A DNA stretch of 64,000 nucleotides. It comes from Candidatus Parcubacteria bacterium. GTDB lineage: Bacteria; Patescibacteriota; Minisyncoccia; SURF-38. Both the position numbers and the translations under genes were made by a program. Positions 43,001-51,362 of the stretch are shown here, piece after piece. Under the pieces are notes generated by a model. That model was given only the letters and a program-made list of their open reading frames with translations. It was not told where the DNA came from and did not search any database. The stretch spans positions 4,654 to 68,653 of the forward strand of contig QZJN01000003.1 of NCBI GenBank assembly GCA_003599335.1, given 5' to 3'. How positions within the stretch are numbered: the first letter of the stretch is position 1; every line of letters starts with the position of its first letter.

Positions 43001-46000
43001 ATGTTTTCGGAAGCTAGAAATACAAATTCTTTAATTTTTCTTTCATTTTTAGTCGGTGTATTTTTATTTGCCGGTTCGCAAGCTTATGCCGCAACTTCGG
43101 CAACCTCCGTACCTGATATTGCAACATCTTTGGAATCTTATGGAGGAAGGGTTTATAGCCAAACAACGAACAGTAGTACAATTTCAGGTTATTTTGACTA
43201 CAGTCCTTCAACCGACAGTCGTAATATTCCAAATCCTCCCCCAAATTCGGTTTTGGTTGAGGTTGGCTATGGTTCGGATGAACATGATTATCATATGGAA
43301 GTTCAGTTTGGTAAATTTGTCGCCGATCCTGTTACTGGCGCTTGGACAGTTCAATACACAACAAGTCAAATAAGATCAGCCGGTGGCGAAAGAAATGGTT
43401 ACTGGGTTAAGTTAGAGCCAAAAGATTTTACAGGCAATGTCGTTCAAAATGCCTATCTTACGCGTTGGCGATGGAATTCCAGCGGTACTAGCGGCGGTCG
43501 CCCGGGGGATGATAGTAGCCCCGGGGGTGTTTGCGCGCATGCCATGTATCAGAGATACGATCCGACAACCTTTCAGCTTATCGGAAGCAAAATAGAGGGA
43601 GGAAATTGTTCCAAGCGAGGGTATCAGTTAAACAGTAGCTGGATTAGGGGTTTTGTTACGGCGCCTCCTGGCGAATTTATCGTAAGCATTAAAAACTTTA
43701 TTTTTGGAGACGACGCAAAAATGCGAGGCGGCATTGCAGATTGGCGCAAACTCGTTAATTCAACTCTGAACGCAAGATATGTTTCGGATAACCTTCCTAC
43801 AAATTTATCTGTAAATACTCCTTATAGCGGAACGATGACAATCAGAAATTCCGGCAATATTGTTTGGGAATCTGACAATATAATTTCAAAAAGCGGAGAT
43901 TGTTCAACTTTTGATCAGACCGCGCCCGATCCAAATACAGAGTGTCATGAATACTATACAGTTGCCTCGACAGATTTTAAATTAAAACGTTTAGACAGTT
44001 CTCCAATCACCATAACAAGCCCAATGGAATATAGGCGGGTTGTTGACAGGAAATATCAGTGGGTATTGATTCCTTTTGCCTGCGATCCTCCTCCGCCTCC
44101 GGATCCTTGCGATTCAAACCCAAGCGATCCGTTGTGTGATATTTATCAAATTTACTTTAATTCCGAAAGGAGATTTACGCAGAAAGATGGTTTGTTTTCA
44201 ATCCCAAAGGCTCACGCCCAGTCGTGCGATGAGTGGAGCGTTCAGGTTTCCGATACACCGATTTTTAATGTCACAAACGTGGCTCCAAATGATCAGGTTG
44301 ACTTCCCAATTTCGTTTACAACAACAGCTTCGGCCGGAACATATAACTTGCAGTTTCGTATGGTCAGGTCAACAACCAATACCGAATTTGGAGATATAAT
44401 TACGGTTCCTGTTACGGTAACCGCCCCGACGGGCACCATTACTGTAAATTCCGTTAACCAACAGACTTTAAACGCAGCCCCATCGGATTGGACAATCACA
44501 GGGCCTTCAACATTTACCGATTCGGGTTTAGGCCAAAAAACTTATACTACCGCCATAGGTGATGGACAATATACTTTTTCTCCTGTTCCTGGGAGTGGAG
44601 GGCCTTTGTATACTTTGGATTCGGTTAAAGCTATTTCAGGAAATTATGCCAAAATTAAAAGAGAAGGTTTTTCCTTTGGATTTTTGAAAGATTGGGTTGG
44701 TTCTCTTGCTCGGGCGTTTGATACGTCGGGGTCTTCTTGCGGGAGCAACTCTTGCTGGCTGGCAAGCGGAAATTCTGTTACGTTTCAGGTTGCTTGGATT
44801 CCTGAAGCAACGCTTGATCTTTCTCCAGCCTCGCTTAATTTGACCGGCACAATTTATACGCCAAATCCAACAGGTATTGTTTCCGTGCAAAATAATGGAG
44901 CACCGGGTTCAACCTTAAATTGGTCAATTTCCGGGGCAAGCCAAGGATGGCTTTCGGGTTCTCCGGCATCGGGAAACGGCGTTGCCGCTGGTTCTTCCCA
45001 AAATTCAACGATTACGGCAAGCATCAGTGGTTTGTCAGCGGGAACTTACAACGGAAATACGGTTACGTTTGCCGGCACCTCTCAGCCTGGTAATACTGCA
45101 GTGATGAGTGGTCCAAAATCTCTCACCGTCAATCTCACTGTCAACAATCCCGCTCCTTCTATTACTTCGCTTAATCCGAGCAACGCAATTGCAGGCTCTG
45201 GCGGATTTACCCTAACTGTTAACGGTAATAATTTTGTGAATGGTTCGGTTGTGAGGTGGAACGGTTCTAATCGAACAACCACATTTGTTAATCAAAACCA
45301 ATTAACTGCGATTATCAATGCCGCTGACATTGCTTCTCCTGGAACATTCCCTGTAACGGTTTTTAATGCCGCTCCCGGAGGAGGAACTTCAAATTCGGTC
45401 AACCTTACCGTTAGCCAAGTGACCGCCGACATCGACGCCAACGGTTCAGACGGACCTATAACGATTCCTTACAACAGCGCAGCAACAATTACCTGGGCAT
45501 CTTCAAATGCGACAAGTTGTTCCGTTGCGCCAACCGGCTGGACAGGAACATCAGGTTCACAATCAACGGGCAACTTAACCTCTGGTCAAACTTATACCCT
45601 CACCTGCACCAACGGTTCGGTAAATGTTCAAGATATTGTGACTGTCAATGTGCAGCCAAATTCTCAGCCATCTCCTGGAACGGCAACTCATACATCTCCG
45701 GGATCTCAACCAGGAGGATGGTGCTCAAACGATAATAATTGGATTATAAATTGGACTTTTTCAGATACCGATGGCGATACCCAAAATACCTATCAGATCC
45801 AGATAGACAATTCCGGTAATACTTTTCCAAGCCCAGAAATTGATCAGACTCCTCCTCCGGTAAACACCTCAAATTCTTATACAGCCCAAGGGTTAACTTA
45901 TAACGCCACGACTTATTGGTATCGAGTTCGCGTGCAAGATAGTGTTGGTCAGTGGTCGGGTTGGAGCAATGTCGGCAGTTTTACCACAAACAACAACGCT

Positions 46001-46345
46001 TATCCTTTTTCTGATTTTTCTTGGTCTCCTGTAAATCCGGGGGCAGATGTTGTTGTTCAATTTACCGACCAGAGCGTATGTTATGATCAAAATAATAATA
46101 CAATCGCTTGCACGAGCTGGTTGTGGAATTTTGGAGATGGTTTTACTTCGCCAGATCAAAACCCAAGGCATATTTATTCCGCCTCAAGCAGTCCTCCCAG
46201 CAATCCTTTGCCTCCGGCGAATTATAATGTGAGTTTGACATCCACAGGCGGTTCGCCAACCTCATTTAGTTGCCAGGCGACAAAGACGATAAATGTCGGC
46301 ACCTATGTGCCTTTGCCAAGCTGGCGAGAAGTCGCACCGCTGTAA
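43001..46345 (+). CDS. Giant secreted multi-domain surface protein, 1114 aa (CARDB/BACON-like beta domains, IPT/TIG, FN3-like and C-terminal PKD domain)
   Basis: Signal peptide. IPT/TIG block (PAPSITSLNPS..GGFTLTVNGNNF). FN3-like WYRVRVQDSVGQWSGWSN. PKD signature WLWNFGDGFTSPDQNPRHIY..NYNVSLT. Higher GC than the core genome. Confidence 0.6.
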   Translation: MFSEARNTNSLIFLSFLVGVFLFAGSQAYAATSATSVPDIATSLESYGGRVYSQTTNSSTISGYFDYSPSTDSRNIPNPPPNSVLVEVGYGSDEHDYHMEVQFGKFVADPVTGAWTVQYTTSQIRSAGGERNGYWVKLEPKDFTGNVVQNAYLTRWRWNSSGTSGGRPGDDSSPGGVCAHAMYQRYDPTTFQLIGSKIEGGNCSKRGYQLNSSWIRGFVTAPPGEFIVSIKNFIFGDDAKMRGGIADWRKLVNSTLNARYVSDNLPTNLSVNTPYSGTMTIRNSGNIVWESDNIISKSGDCSTFDQTAPDPNTECHEYYTVASTDFKLKRLDSSPITITSPMEYRRVVDRKYQWVLIPFACDPPPPPDPCDSNPSDPLCDIYQIYFNSERRFTQKDGLFSIPKAHAQSCDEWSVQVSDTPIFNVTNVAPNDQVDFPISFTTTASAGTYNLQFRMVRSTTNTEFGDIITVPVTVTAPTGTITVNSVNQQTLNAAPSDWTITGPSTFTDSGLGQKTYTTAIGDGQYTFSPVPGSGGPLYTLDSVKAISGNYAKIKREGFSFGFLKDWVGSLARAFDTSGSSCGSNSCWLASGNSVTFQVAWIPEATLDLSPASLNLTGTIYTPNPTGIVSVQNNGAPGSTLNWSISGASQGWLSGSPASGNGVAAGSSQNSTITASISGLSAGTYNGNTVTFAGTSQPGNTAVMSGPKSLTVNLTVNNPAPSITSLNPSNAIAGSGGFTLTVNGNNFVNGSVVRWNGSNRTTTFVNQNQLTAIINAADIASPGTFPVTVFNAAPGGGTSNSVNLTVSQVTADIDANGSDGPITIPYNSAATITWASSNATSCSVAPTGWTGTSGSQSTGNLTSGQTYTLTCTNGSVNVQDIVTVNVQPNSQPSPGTATHTSPGSQPGGWCSNDNNWIINWTFSDTDGDTQNTYQIQIDNSGNTFPSPEIDQTPPPVNTSNSYTAQGLTYNATTYWYRVRVQDSVGQWSGWSNVGSFTTNNNAYPFSDFSWSPVNPGADVVVQFTDQSVCYDQNNNTIACTSWLWNFGDGFTSPDQNPRHIYSASSSPPSNPLPPANYNVSLTSTGGSPTSFSCQATKTINVGTYVPLPSWREVAPL

Positions 46346-46385
46346 GATTGTATTTTGTAGTTAGTATCTGGTATTTAGTATCTAA

Positions 46386-46429
46386 AATCAAAATCCTCCG
46401 TAAAGACGGAGGATTTTGATTTTTTAATA
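46386..46429 (+). terminator. Strong rho-independent terminator (18-bp stem AAAATCAAAATCCTCCGT..ACGGAGGATTTTGATTTT followed by TT)
   Basis: Perfect long inverted repeat after the giant gene. Confidence 0.7.
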
Positions 46430-46454
46430 GGTTGATTGCTATACTTATCAAGCG

Positions 46455-47702
46455 ATGAATTACGAAAATCTCAAAAAAGTTGATAAAGAATCCTATAAAA
46501 TTTTTGTTGCTGAACAGGCTCGCCAGCAAGATTACATTAATCTTATTCCTTCCGAAAATTATACTTCTGAAGCCGTTTTAGAGGCTTTAGCTTCGGTATT
46601 TGTAAATAAATATTCAGAAGGTTATCCAAAAGCGAGATATTACCCAGGCAATGAAAATGTTGATCAAATTGAGCTTTTGGGGCAAGAGCGGGCGAGGAAG
46701 CTTTTTAAATTGGGTAAAGAATGGTTTGTAAATGTTCAGCCGTATTCTGGCTCACCGGCAAATCTGGCGGTTTACATTGGGCTTTTAGGAAAGGACGATA
46801 CCGCTCTTGGGATGGAGCTTGCAGCGGGTGGACATTTGACTCACGGGCATAAGGTTTCGGCTTCTGGAAAATTATTTAATTTTATACAATATGGCGTTTC
46901 GTGGGATGGCGTGATTGATTATAAAAAACTTGAGGAGCTTGCAAAAGAAAAAAAACCCAAACTTATTGTTGCCGGCACAACCGCATACCCAAGAACTCTT
47001 GATTTTAAGAGATTCAAACAAATTGCAAATTCCGTGAAAGCTTTATTGATGGTTGATATGGCTCACATTGCCGGGCTTGTGGCCGCCGGAGTCCATCCTT
47101 CGCCGTTTCCTTATGCCGATATTGTTACAACAACAACCCATAAAACGTTGAGGGGTCCAAGAGGCGCAATTATTTTTGCAAAAAACAAAGAGTTGGCCGA
47201 AAAGATAGACAGGGCTGTTTTCCCCGGTATTCAGGGTGGGCCTCACGATAATCAGACTCTTGCTATTGCCGCTGCCCTTAAAGAAGCCGCTTCAGAGAAG
47301 TTTCAAAAGTATGCTTCTAATATAGTCAGAAATGCGAAAATTTTGAGTATTGAGCTTTCTAAGCACGGTTTTGAGCTTGTGAGCGGGGGAACGGATAATC
47401 ACTTGATGCTTATTGATTTAAAAAATAAAGGAATTTCCGGTAGGCAAGCCGAAGAATGGCTCTATCAGGCCGGAATTATTGTAAATAGAAATGCGGTGCC
47501 TTTTGATCCGAGAAAACCAATAGACCCATCGGGTATTCGGTTGGGGACTCCGGCGGTAACGACAAGGGGAATGGGCAAGTCGGAAATGAAAAAAATTGCA
47601 ACTTGGATAAAAGAAGTTATTTTTAATCCGAAATCAGTAAATAAGGTTAGAAAAGAAACGTTATCTTTAACTAAAAAGTTTCCACTTTCATACAGGTTTT
47701 AA
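46455..47702 (+). CDS. glyA: Serine hydroxymethyltransferase
   Basis: Canonical SHMT blocks: YSEGYP, GGHLTHGH, TTTHKTLRGPRG (PLP lysine). Confidence 0.9.
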   Translation: MNYENLKKVDKESYKIFVAEQARQQDYINLIPSENYTSEAVLEALASVFVNKYSEGYPKARYYPGNENVDQIELLGQERARKLFKLGKEWFVNVQPYSGSPANLAVYIGLLGKDDTALGMELAAGGHLTHGHKVSASGKLFNFIQYGVSWDGVIDYKKLEELAKEKKPKLIVAGTTAYPRTLDFKRFKQIANSVKALLMVDMAHIAGLVAAGVHPSPFPYADIVTTTTHKTLRGPRGAIIFAKNKELAEKIDRAVFPGIQGGPHDNQTLAIAAALKEAASEKFQKYASNIVRNAKILSIELSKHGFELVSGGTDNHLMLIDLKNKGISGRQAEEWLYQAGIIVNRNAVPFDPRKPIDPSGIRLGTPAVTTRGMGKSEMKKIATWIKEVIFNPKSVNKVRKETLSLTKKFPLSYRF

Positions 47703-47704
47703 AG

Positions 47705-47748
47705 AATTTTCAATTTCCAATTTCAAATTTTCAATCAATTTTCAATGG
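47705..47748. repeat. Left inverted-repeat arm (AATTTTCAATTTCCAATTTCAAATTTTCAATCAATTTTCAATGG) of the IVS-like cassette
   Basis: Reverse-complementary in composition and units to 48095-48131. Confidence 0.5.
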
Positions 47749-48113
47749 ATCAAATCCAGAAAACAAAATACGATTTGGAGGATCGAACGGCTAAATTTGG
47801 GGAAGAGGTTATTAAGTTTTGTAAAGCTATCCATCAAAATACAATTACAAAACCACTAATTTCTCAGCTTGTTAGGTCTGCTACTAGCATCGGAGCAAAT
47901 TATATGGAAGCAAATGGAGCAAGTTCTCGAAAAGATTTTAGAAACAAGATTTTTATTTGTAAGAAAGAATCTTAAGAAACTAAGCACTGGCTAAGGATGC
48001 TTTTAGAGGCTATGCCGAATAAAAAAGATGAGATACAAGGTTTATGGCGAGAGGTGCAAGAGCTAACTTTAATTTTTCAAAAGATTATCACGTCATTGAA
48101 AATTGAAAATTAA
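47745..48113 (+). pseudogene. Four-helix-bundle protein gene (TIGR02436, 23S rRNA intervening-sequence protein family) interrupted by an in-frame TAA at 47973-47975
   Basis: ORF 47745..47975 (..SIGANYMEANGASSRKDFRNKIFICKKES*) continues in the same frame after the TAA as ETKHWLRMLLEAMPNKKDEIQGLWREVQELTLIFQKIITSLKIEN*. Together these reconstitute the canonical ~122-aa family, including KExxETxxWL. Confidence 0.6.
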
Positions 48114-48131
48114 TAATTGAAAATTTTGAAT
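48095..48131. repeat. Right inverted-repeat arm (CATTGAAAATTGAAAATTAATAATTGAAAATTTTGAATTT) of the IVS-like cassette
   Basis: Pairs with 47705-47748. Confidence 0.5.
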
Positions 48132-48133
48132 TT

Positions 48134-48952
48134 ATGATTATTTCCGGCCGCGAAATGGCCCACAAAGTTTTAAAGAAATTAACCTTAACTTGGCCGCGAG
48201 TTAAAAAGCAGCCCTCTTTAGGTATTATTTTGGTTGGGGAAAATCCAGCATCTTTATCTTTTATTCGAGAAAAAGAAAGGGCTGCCGAAACCGTGGGTAT
48301 TGATTATCGTATTTATGAATTTCCATATTCTGTTTCTACAAATAATCTAAAAAAGAAATTTAAAAGTCTCCTTAAAAAACATACCGCTTGGATTATTCAG
48401 TTGCCTTTGCCAAGGCACATACTTTCTCAAGAGATTTTAGATTTAATCCCATCAGAAAAGGATGCGGATGTGCTTTCGGCTCATTCTTGGTTGCATTTTT
48501 TAGCAGGTTCCAAGATTTTACCGCCGGCAGTTGGAGCCGTTGAGGAAATTTTTAGGCAGTATAAAGTAAAGCCCAAAGGCAAAACTGCAATTGTTGTTGG
48601 GTTTGGCCCTTTGGTTGGCCAGCCAGTTGCTTTTTGGTTGGCGCAACAGAAAGCAAGGGTTAATGTTATTAACGAGGGCCAAAAAAAACCAGAAAATTTT
48701 TTAAAGAAAGCGGATATAATTGTAAGCGGAGTTGGTAAGGCTCATCTCATAAGAGGGGATCATATAAAAAAAGGAGCTGTGGTAATTGATTTTGGTTTTG
48801 CCAAGAAAGACGGCAGGTTTGTCGGGGATGTTGATTTTGTTTCGGTTGCCAAAAGGGCTCGCATTGTGACGCCGGTTCCCGGAGGAGCAGGTCCTTTAAC
48901 CGTGGCGATGCTTATGAAGAATATTTTTGTATTAACAATGAATCAAAAGTAA
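48134..48952 (+). CDS. folD: Bifunctional methylenetetrahydrofolate dehydrogenase/cyclohydrolase
   Basis: FolD N-terminal catalytic and C-terminal NAD(P)-binding blocks (GVGKAHL.., VTPVPGGAGPLTVAML). Confidence 0.9.
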   Translation: MIISGREMAHKVLKKLTLTWPRVKKQPSLGIILVGENPASLSFIREKERAAETVGIDYRIYEFPYSVSTNNLKKKFKSLLKKHTAWIIQLPLPRHILSQEILDLIPSEKDADVLSAHSWLHFLAGSKILPPAVGAVEEIFRQYKVKPKGKTAIVVGFGPLVGQPVAFWLAQQKARVNVINEGQKKPENFLKKADIIVSGVGKAHLIRGDHIKKGAVVIDFGFAKKDGRFVGDVDFVSVAKRARIVTPVPGGAGPLTVAMLMKNIFVLTMNQK

Positions 48953-49045
48953 GAAATGCATACATTTCTTGAAATTCCGTCACTCGCCCCAGATATCCGC
49001 TTAAGGCTGATGTCTGTTGGCTCGTTAGGAATTATAAAAGGTTAT
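48950..49045 (+). repeat. Copy B of the ~90-nt repeated intergenic element
   Basis: TAAGAAATGCATACATTTCTTGAAATTCCGTCACT...TGGCTCGTTAGGAATTATA matches 11388-11478. Confidence 0.5.
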
Positions 49046-49084
49046 GAAGAGAAGAAAAGCTAAAACAATAGTTTATATTCAACT

Positions 49085-49624
49085 ATGATAATTTCAGATT
49101 CGGCTTTAACTTTAAAAATCCATTTTTTGGCGGGGAATTTTATTTGGCTTGATTGGATAATTGTTTTTTTTGGGGGTTATTTTGAATATTTACTATTAGC
49201 TTTCTTGTTGGGTTTATTGCTTTTGAGCAAAAATAGCAGGATTCAATATTGGAGAATGATTGCGGTCGGTTTGATTGCGGCTTTATTTTCAAGATTTGCG
49301 GTTGCTGAAACGATAAGGGCTTTGTATCCTCGTGCGAGACCTTTTGAGATTTTTGAATTTCAGCCTCTCATACTTCACGAGACAACGTCGGGATTTCCTT
49401 CGGGTCACGCCAGTTTCTATTTTGCTTTGGCGACTATAATTTTTCTTTATGATCGTAAGCTTGGTGGTTGGTTTTTTGTCGGAGCAACTTTAATTTCTTT
49501 TGCCAGGGTTGCGGCCGGGATTCATTTTTTGGGCGATATATTACTTGGATTTTCGGTTGGAGTTTTAAGCGCAGTTTTTATTTATAAACTCGCTTGTAAA
49601 AGATTTCCAAATTTGGCAAAATAA
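49085..49624 (+). CDS. PAP2 family membrane phosphatase (undecaprenyl-diphosphatase-like)
   Basis: PAP2 motifs: YPRARP, PSGHAS, and SFARVAAGIHFLGD (SRxxxxxHxxxD). Confidence 0.7.
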   Translation: MIISDSALTLKIHFLAGNFIWLDWIIVFFGGYFEYLLLAFLLGLLLLSKNSRIQYWRMIAVGLIAALFSRFAVAETIRALYPRARPFEIFEFQPLILHETTSGFPSGHASFYFALATIIFLYDRKLGGWFFVGATLISFARVAAGIHFLGDILLGFSVGVLSAVFIYKLACKRFPNLAK

Positions 49625-49747
49625 ACTTTGCGTTTTTGGGCAGGTGGGCGATAAGCGAATAAATGCAGCTTATCGCTAGAGCCAAAAGGCGATTGGGCCG
49701 ACACCTGCCACAGTTTTTTGATCGAGGCTTTGCCGAGAAGTACATGC

Positions 49748-49830
49748 GGGCAGGTGGCGGAATGGCAGACGCGCTGGACTCAAAATCCAGTGAGAGTAAT
49801 CTCGTGAGGGTTCAACTCCCTCCCTGCCCA
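49748..49830 (+). tRNA. tRNA-Leu (anticodon CAA), class II with long variable arm; CCA not encoded
   Basis: GGGCAGG acceptor stem pairing with CCTGCCC then A. D-arm GUGGCGGAAUGGCAGACGCG resembles Leu tRNAs. Anticodon stem-loop CTGGA-CTCAAAA-TCCAG. Long variable arm. T-arm GAGGG-TTCAACT-CCCTC. Confidence 0.8.
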
Positions 49831-49831
49831 C
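49813..49831 (+). repeat. tRNA-Leu 3'-terminal 19 nt (CAACTCCCTCCCTGCCCAC), directly repeated at 51269-51287 (att-like)
   Basis: Exact 19-nt identity between the two positions. Confidence 0.7.
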
Positions 49832-49952
49832 TGGTTGGAGAGTTTTTGTATTGAGAGTAATAAAACATCGCAGAAGCGATGTTTTCTGTTTATAAATGAG
49901 GTTCCAACCTTGAAAAAAGGGTTCTACTCTTTAGTTGTCATAAAAACAAACA

Positions 49953-49990
49953 CGTCCCGCCAGGAAAATCCTAACGGGACGTTTTTTGTT
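49953..49990. terminator. Bidirectional hairpin terminator (ACGTCCCG..CGGGACGT followed by TTTTTT)
   Basis: Perfect 8-bp stem with a T-run. Confidence 0.55.
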
Positions 49991-50822
49991 AATGAAAGAA
50001 CGATTGGGTTTTTGGCACCAGTTTCAACACGCGGATGGAGAGGATCTCGTAATTGAGTACTCCCCACAAAGCGCCGGCAAGTCCGCCGATCAATGCGTTG
50101 CCAAAGTAAAACCCGATGGCCGCGCCAATCGCACCATCCACGCCGCACAGCAAACGGATTTCCGAGTGGATGAGACGGAACCATGTGGCAGAAAATATTG
50201 CCACTGCGTGAATGAAACCGATCAACCCTGACGCGATCACGTTTCTCTTTTGCCACAGGAATCGCGGCAAGTGATAAAAGACGGCCCGCGGCACCAAATA
50301 CAGGAAGAATTTGGGGAGTATCCAGAAATAGACTCTGAATGGGCTGAGGTTAAATAATCCTCCAGCCCTAAATGTCTCTTTGAGTGTATGAACATTCCCA
50401 TGCGGAGTTATGAACAAGGCAAAAAAGAGAGGAAACCCCAACGTGATCAGTGGAAACAAGAATACTATCGGATTAGGGTTTCCCCATAGCATTATTGTTA
50501 AGAGAGAAGCGAAGGGAAATCCAACAATCGTTAGCAGGTCGCCTGCAAGATTGAGGTATGCTTTTCCCCAAGCTCTCCAGAATACCGCGTCCGGCCGCAA
50601 AGTGCGCATCTCATTCCATAATTTGGGAAATGAGTTGCGCATTTTATTCCACGCTTTGGGAACTGCCGCGATCACTTTGTTGAATTCATATGCCAGGTAT
50701 CCGATGGCAAAGCCGGCAATCATGCCGACCCACCAGAACATGGGTGTCATCTGCAGCGCAACGAGCGCGCCGATGAACCCGCCGATGAAACAAGACAGAA
50801 ACACTTTGGCCGTGTGGCTCAT
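49989..50822 (-). CDS. GC-rich polytopic membrane protein, hypothetical (cargo of the tRNA-Leu-associated element)
   Basis: 277 aa, about 8 TM helices, GC well above neighbours. No recognisable family. Confidence 0.4.
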   Translation of the reverse strand: MSHTAKVFLSCFIGGFIGALVALQMTPMFWWVGMIAGFAIGYLAYEFNKVIAAVPKAWNKMRNSFPKLWNEMRTLRPDAVFWRAWGKAYLNLAGDLLTIVGFPFASLLTIMLWGNPNPIVFLFPLITLGFPLFFALFITPHGNVHTLKETFRAGGLFNLSPFRVYFWILPKFFLYLVPRAVFYHLPRFLWQKRNVIASGLIGFIHAVAIFSATWFRLIHSEIRLLCGVDGAIGAAIGFYFGNALIGGLAGALWGVLNYEILSIRVLKLVPKTQSFFH

Positions 50823-51167
50823 AGAGCCCTCCTTTATAAAGTTTGGGTGTCTTTGGGAAATTGAAAAGAGCGAATGTTGGAATTAATATATAACTAAACA
50901 ATATATTTGTCAAGTCAGGTTAGCATAGTGCTACGTAACATAAAGCACGCACCCTTATGAAGGTGTTCAATTTTTTGTACTCTGAAGGTGAAAATTTTTA
51001 GTAGGGAATTACTGGTCCTGACCAGTCATTTTTGCTTTGAGGTTCTCCAACATAGATGAACTTTTGCGGCGGTTCAGCTTCTTTTGGATCTTTGAGCATC
51101 GGGATTACAAATCCAGGATTTTGGATGAAAAAGGTTCGAACGTCATTGAGAGTGGCCCACAACTAAA

Positions 51168-51213
51168 AAATACGAGTAAATTTATTTACTCGTATTTGGA
51201 GTTGAATGCCGGA
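51168..51213 (+). repeat. Conserved module: 14-bp perfect palindromic hairpin AAATACGAGTAAAT/ATTTACTCGTATTT followed by GGAGTTGAATGCCGGA
   Basis: Homologous to the module at 16392-16433 on the opposite strand: same CGAGTAAA..TTTACTCG hairpin core and identical 15-nt GAGTTGAATGCCGGA. Confidence 0.55.
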
Positions 51214-51362
51214 ATCATGCCTTGGCAGATGAGGCGGGGTCGCGAGTTCACAAAGTGAAACTCGTGACCAACTCCCTCCCTGCCCACAATCTAAATTATT
51301 GTTTATCCAAGGGGCCTGAGCCGCTTTTTTGTCATTTTTTTACGTGTTAAGATTGTTATTGT

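Larger units (their letters stand above)
49832..51268 (+). mobile_element. Putative degenerate integrated element (about 1.44 kb) at the tRNA-Leu 3' end
   Basis: Bounded by the 19-nt direct repeat of the tRNA 3' end. Contains a GC-rich (about 50%) minus-strand membrane-protein gene, terminators at 49866-49893 and 49953-49990, and a hairpin-plus-GAGTTGAATGCCGGA module near the distal repeat. No integrase present. Confidence 0.45.

Noticed and set aside
26300-48133. TTGAAAAT / TTCCAAT repeat clusters considered as a CRISPR array
   Set aside because: Units are 7-8 nt, irregularly spaced and arranged as inverted arms, without 25-40-nt direct repeats separated by unique spacers. No cas genes present.
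49663-50256. Several 60-110-aa ORFs (49663..49854, 49835..50056, 49924..50256, 49986..50231)
   Set aside because: They overlap the tRNA-Leu gene or terminator hairpins, or lie antisense or out of frame to the GC-rich membrane-protein gene. They are GC-driven spurious ORFs.
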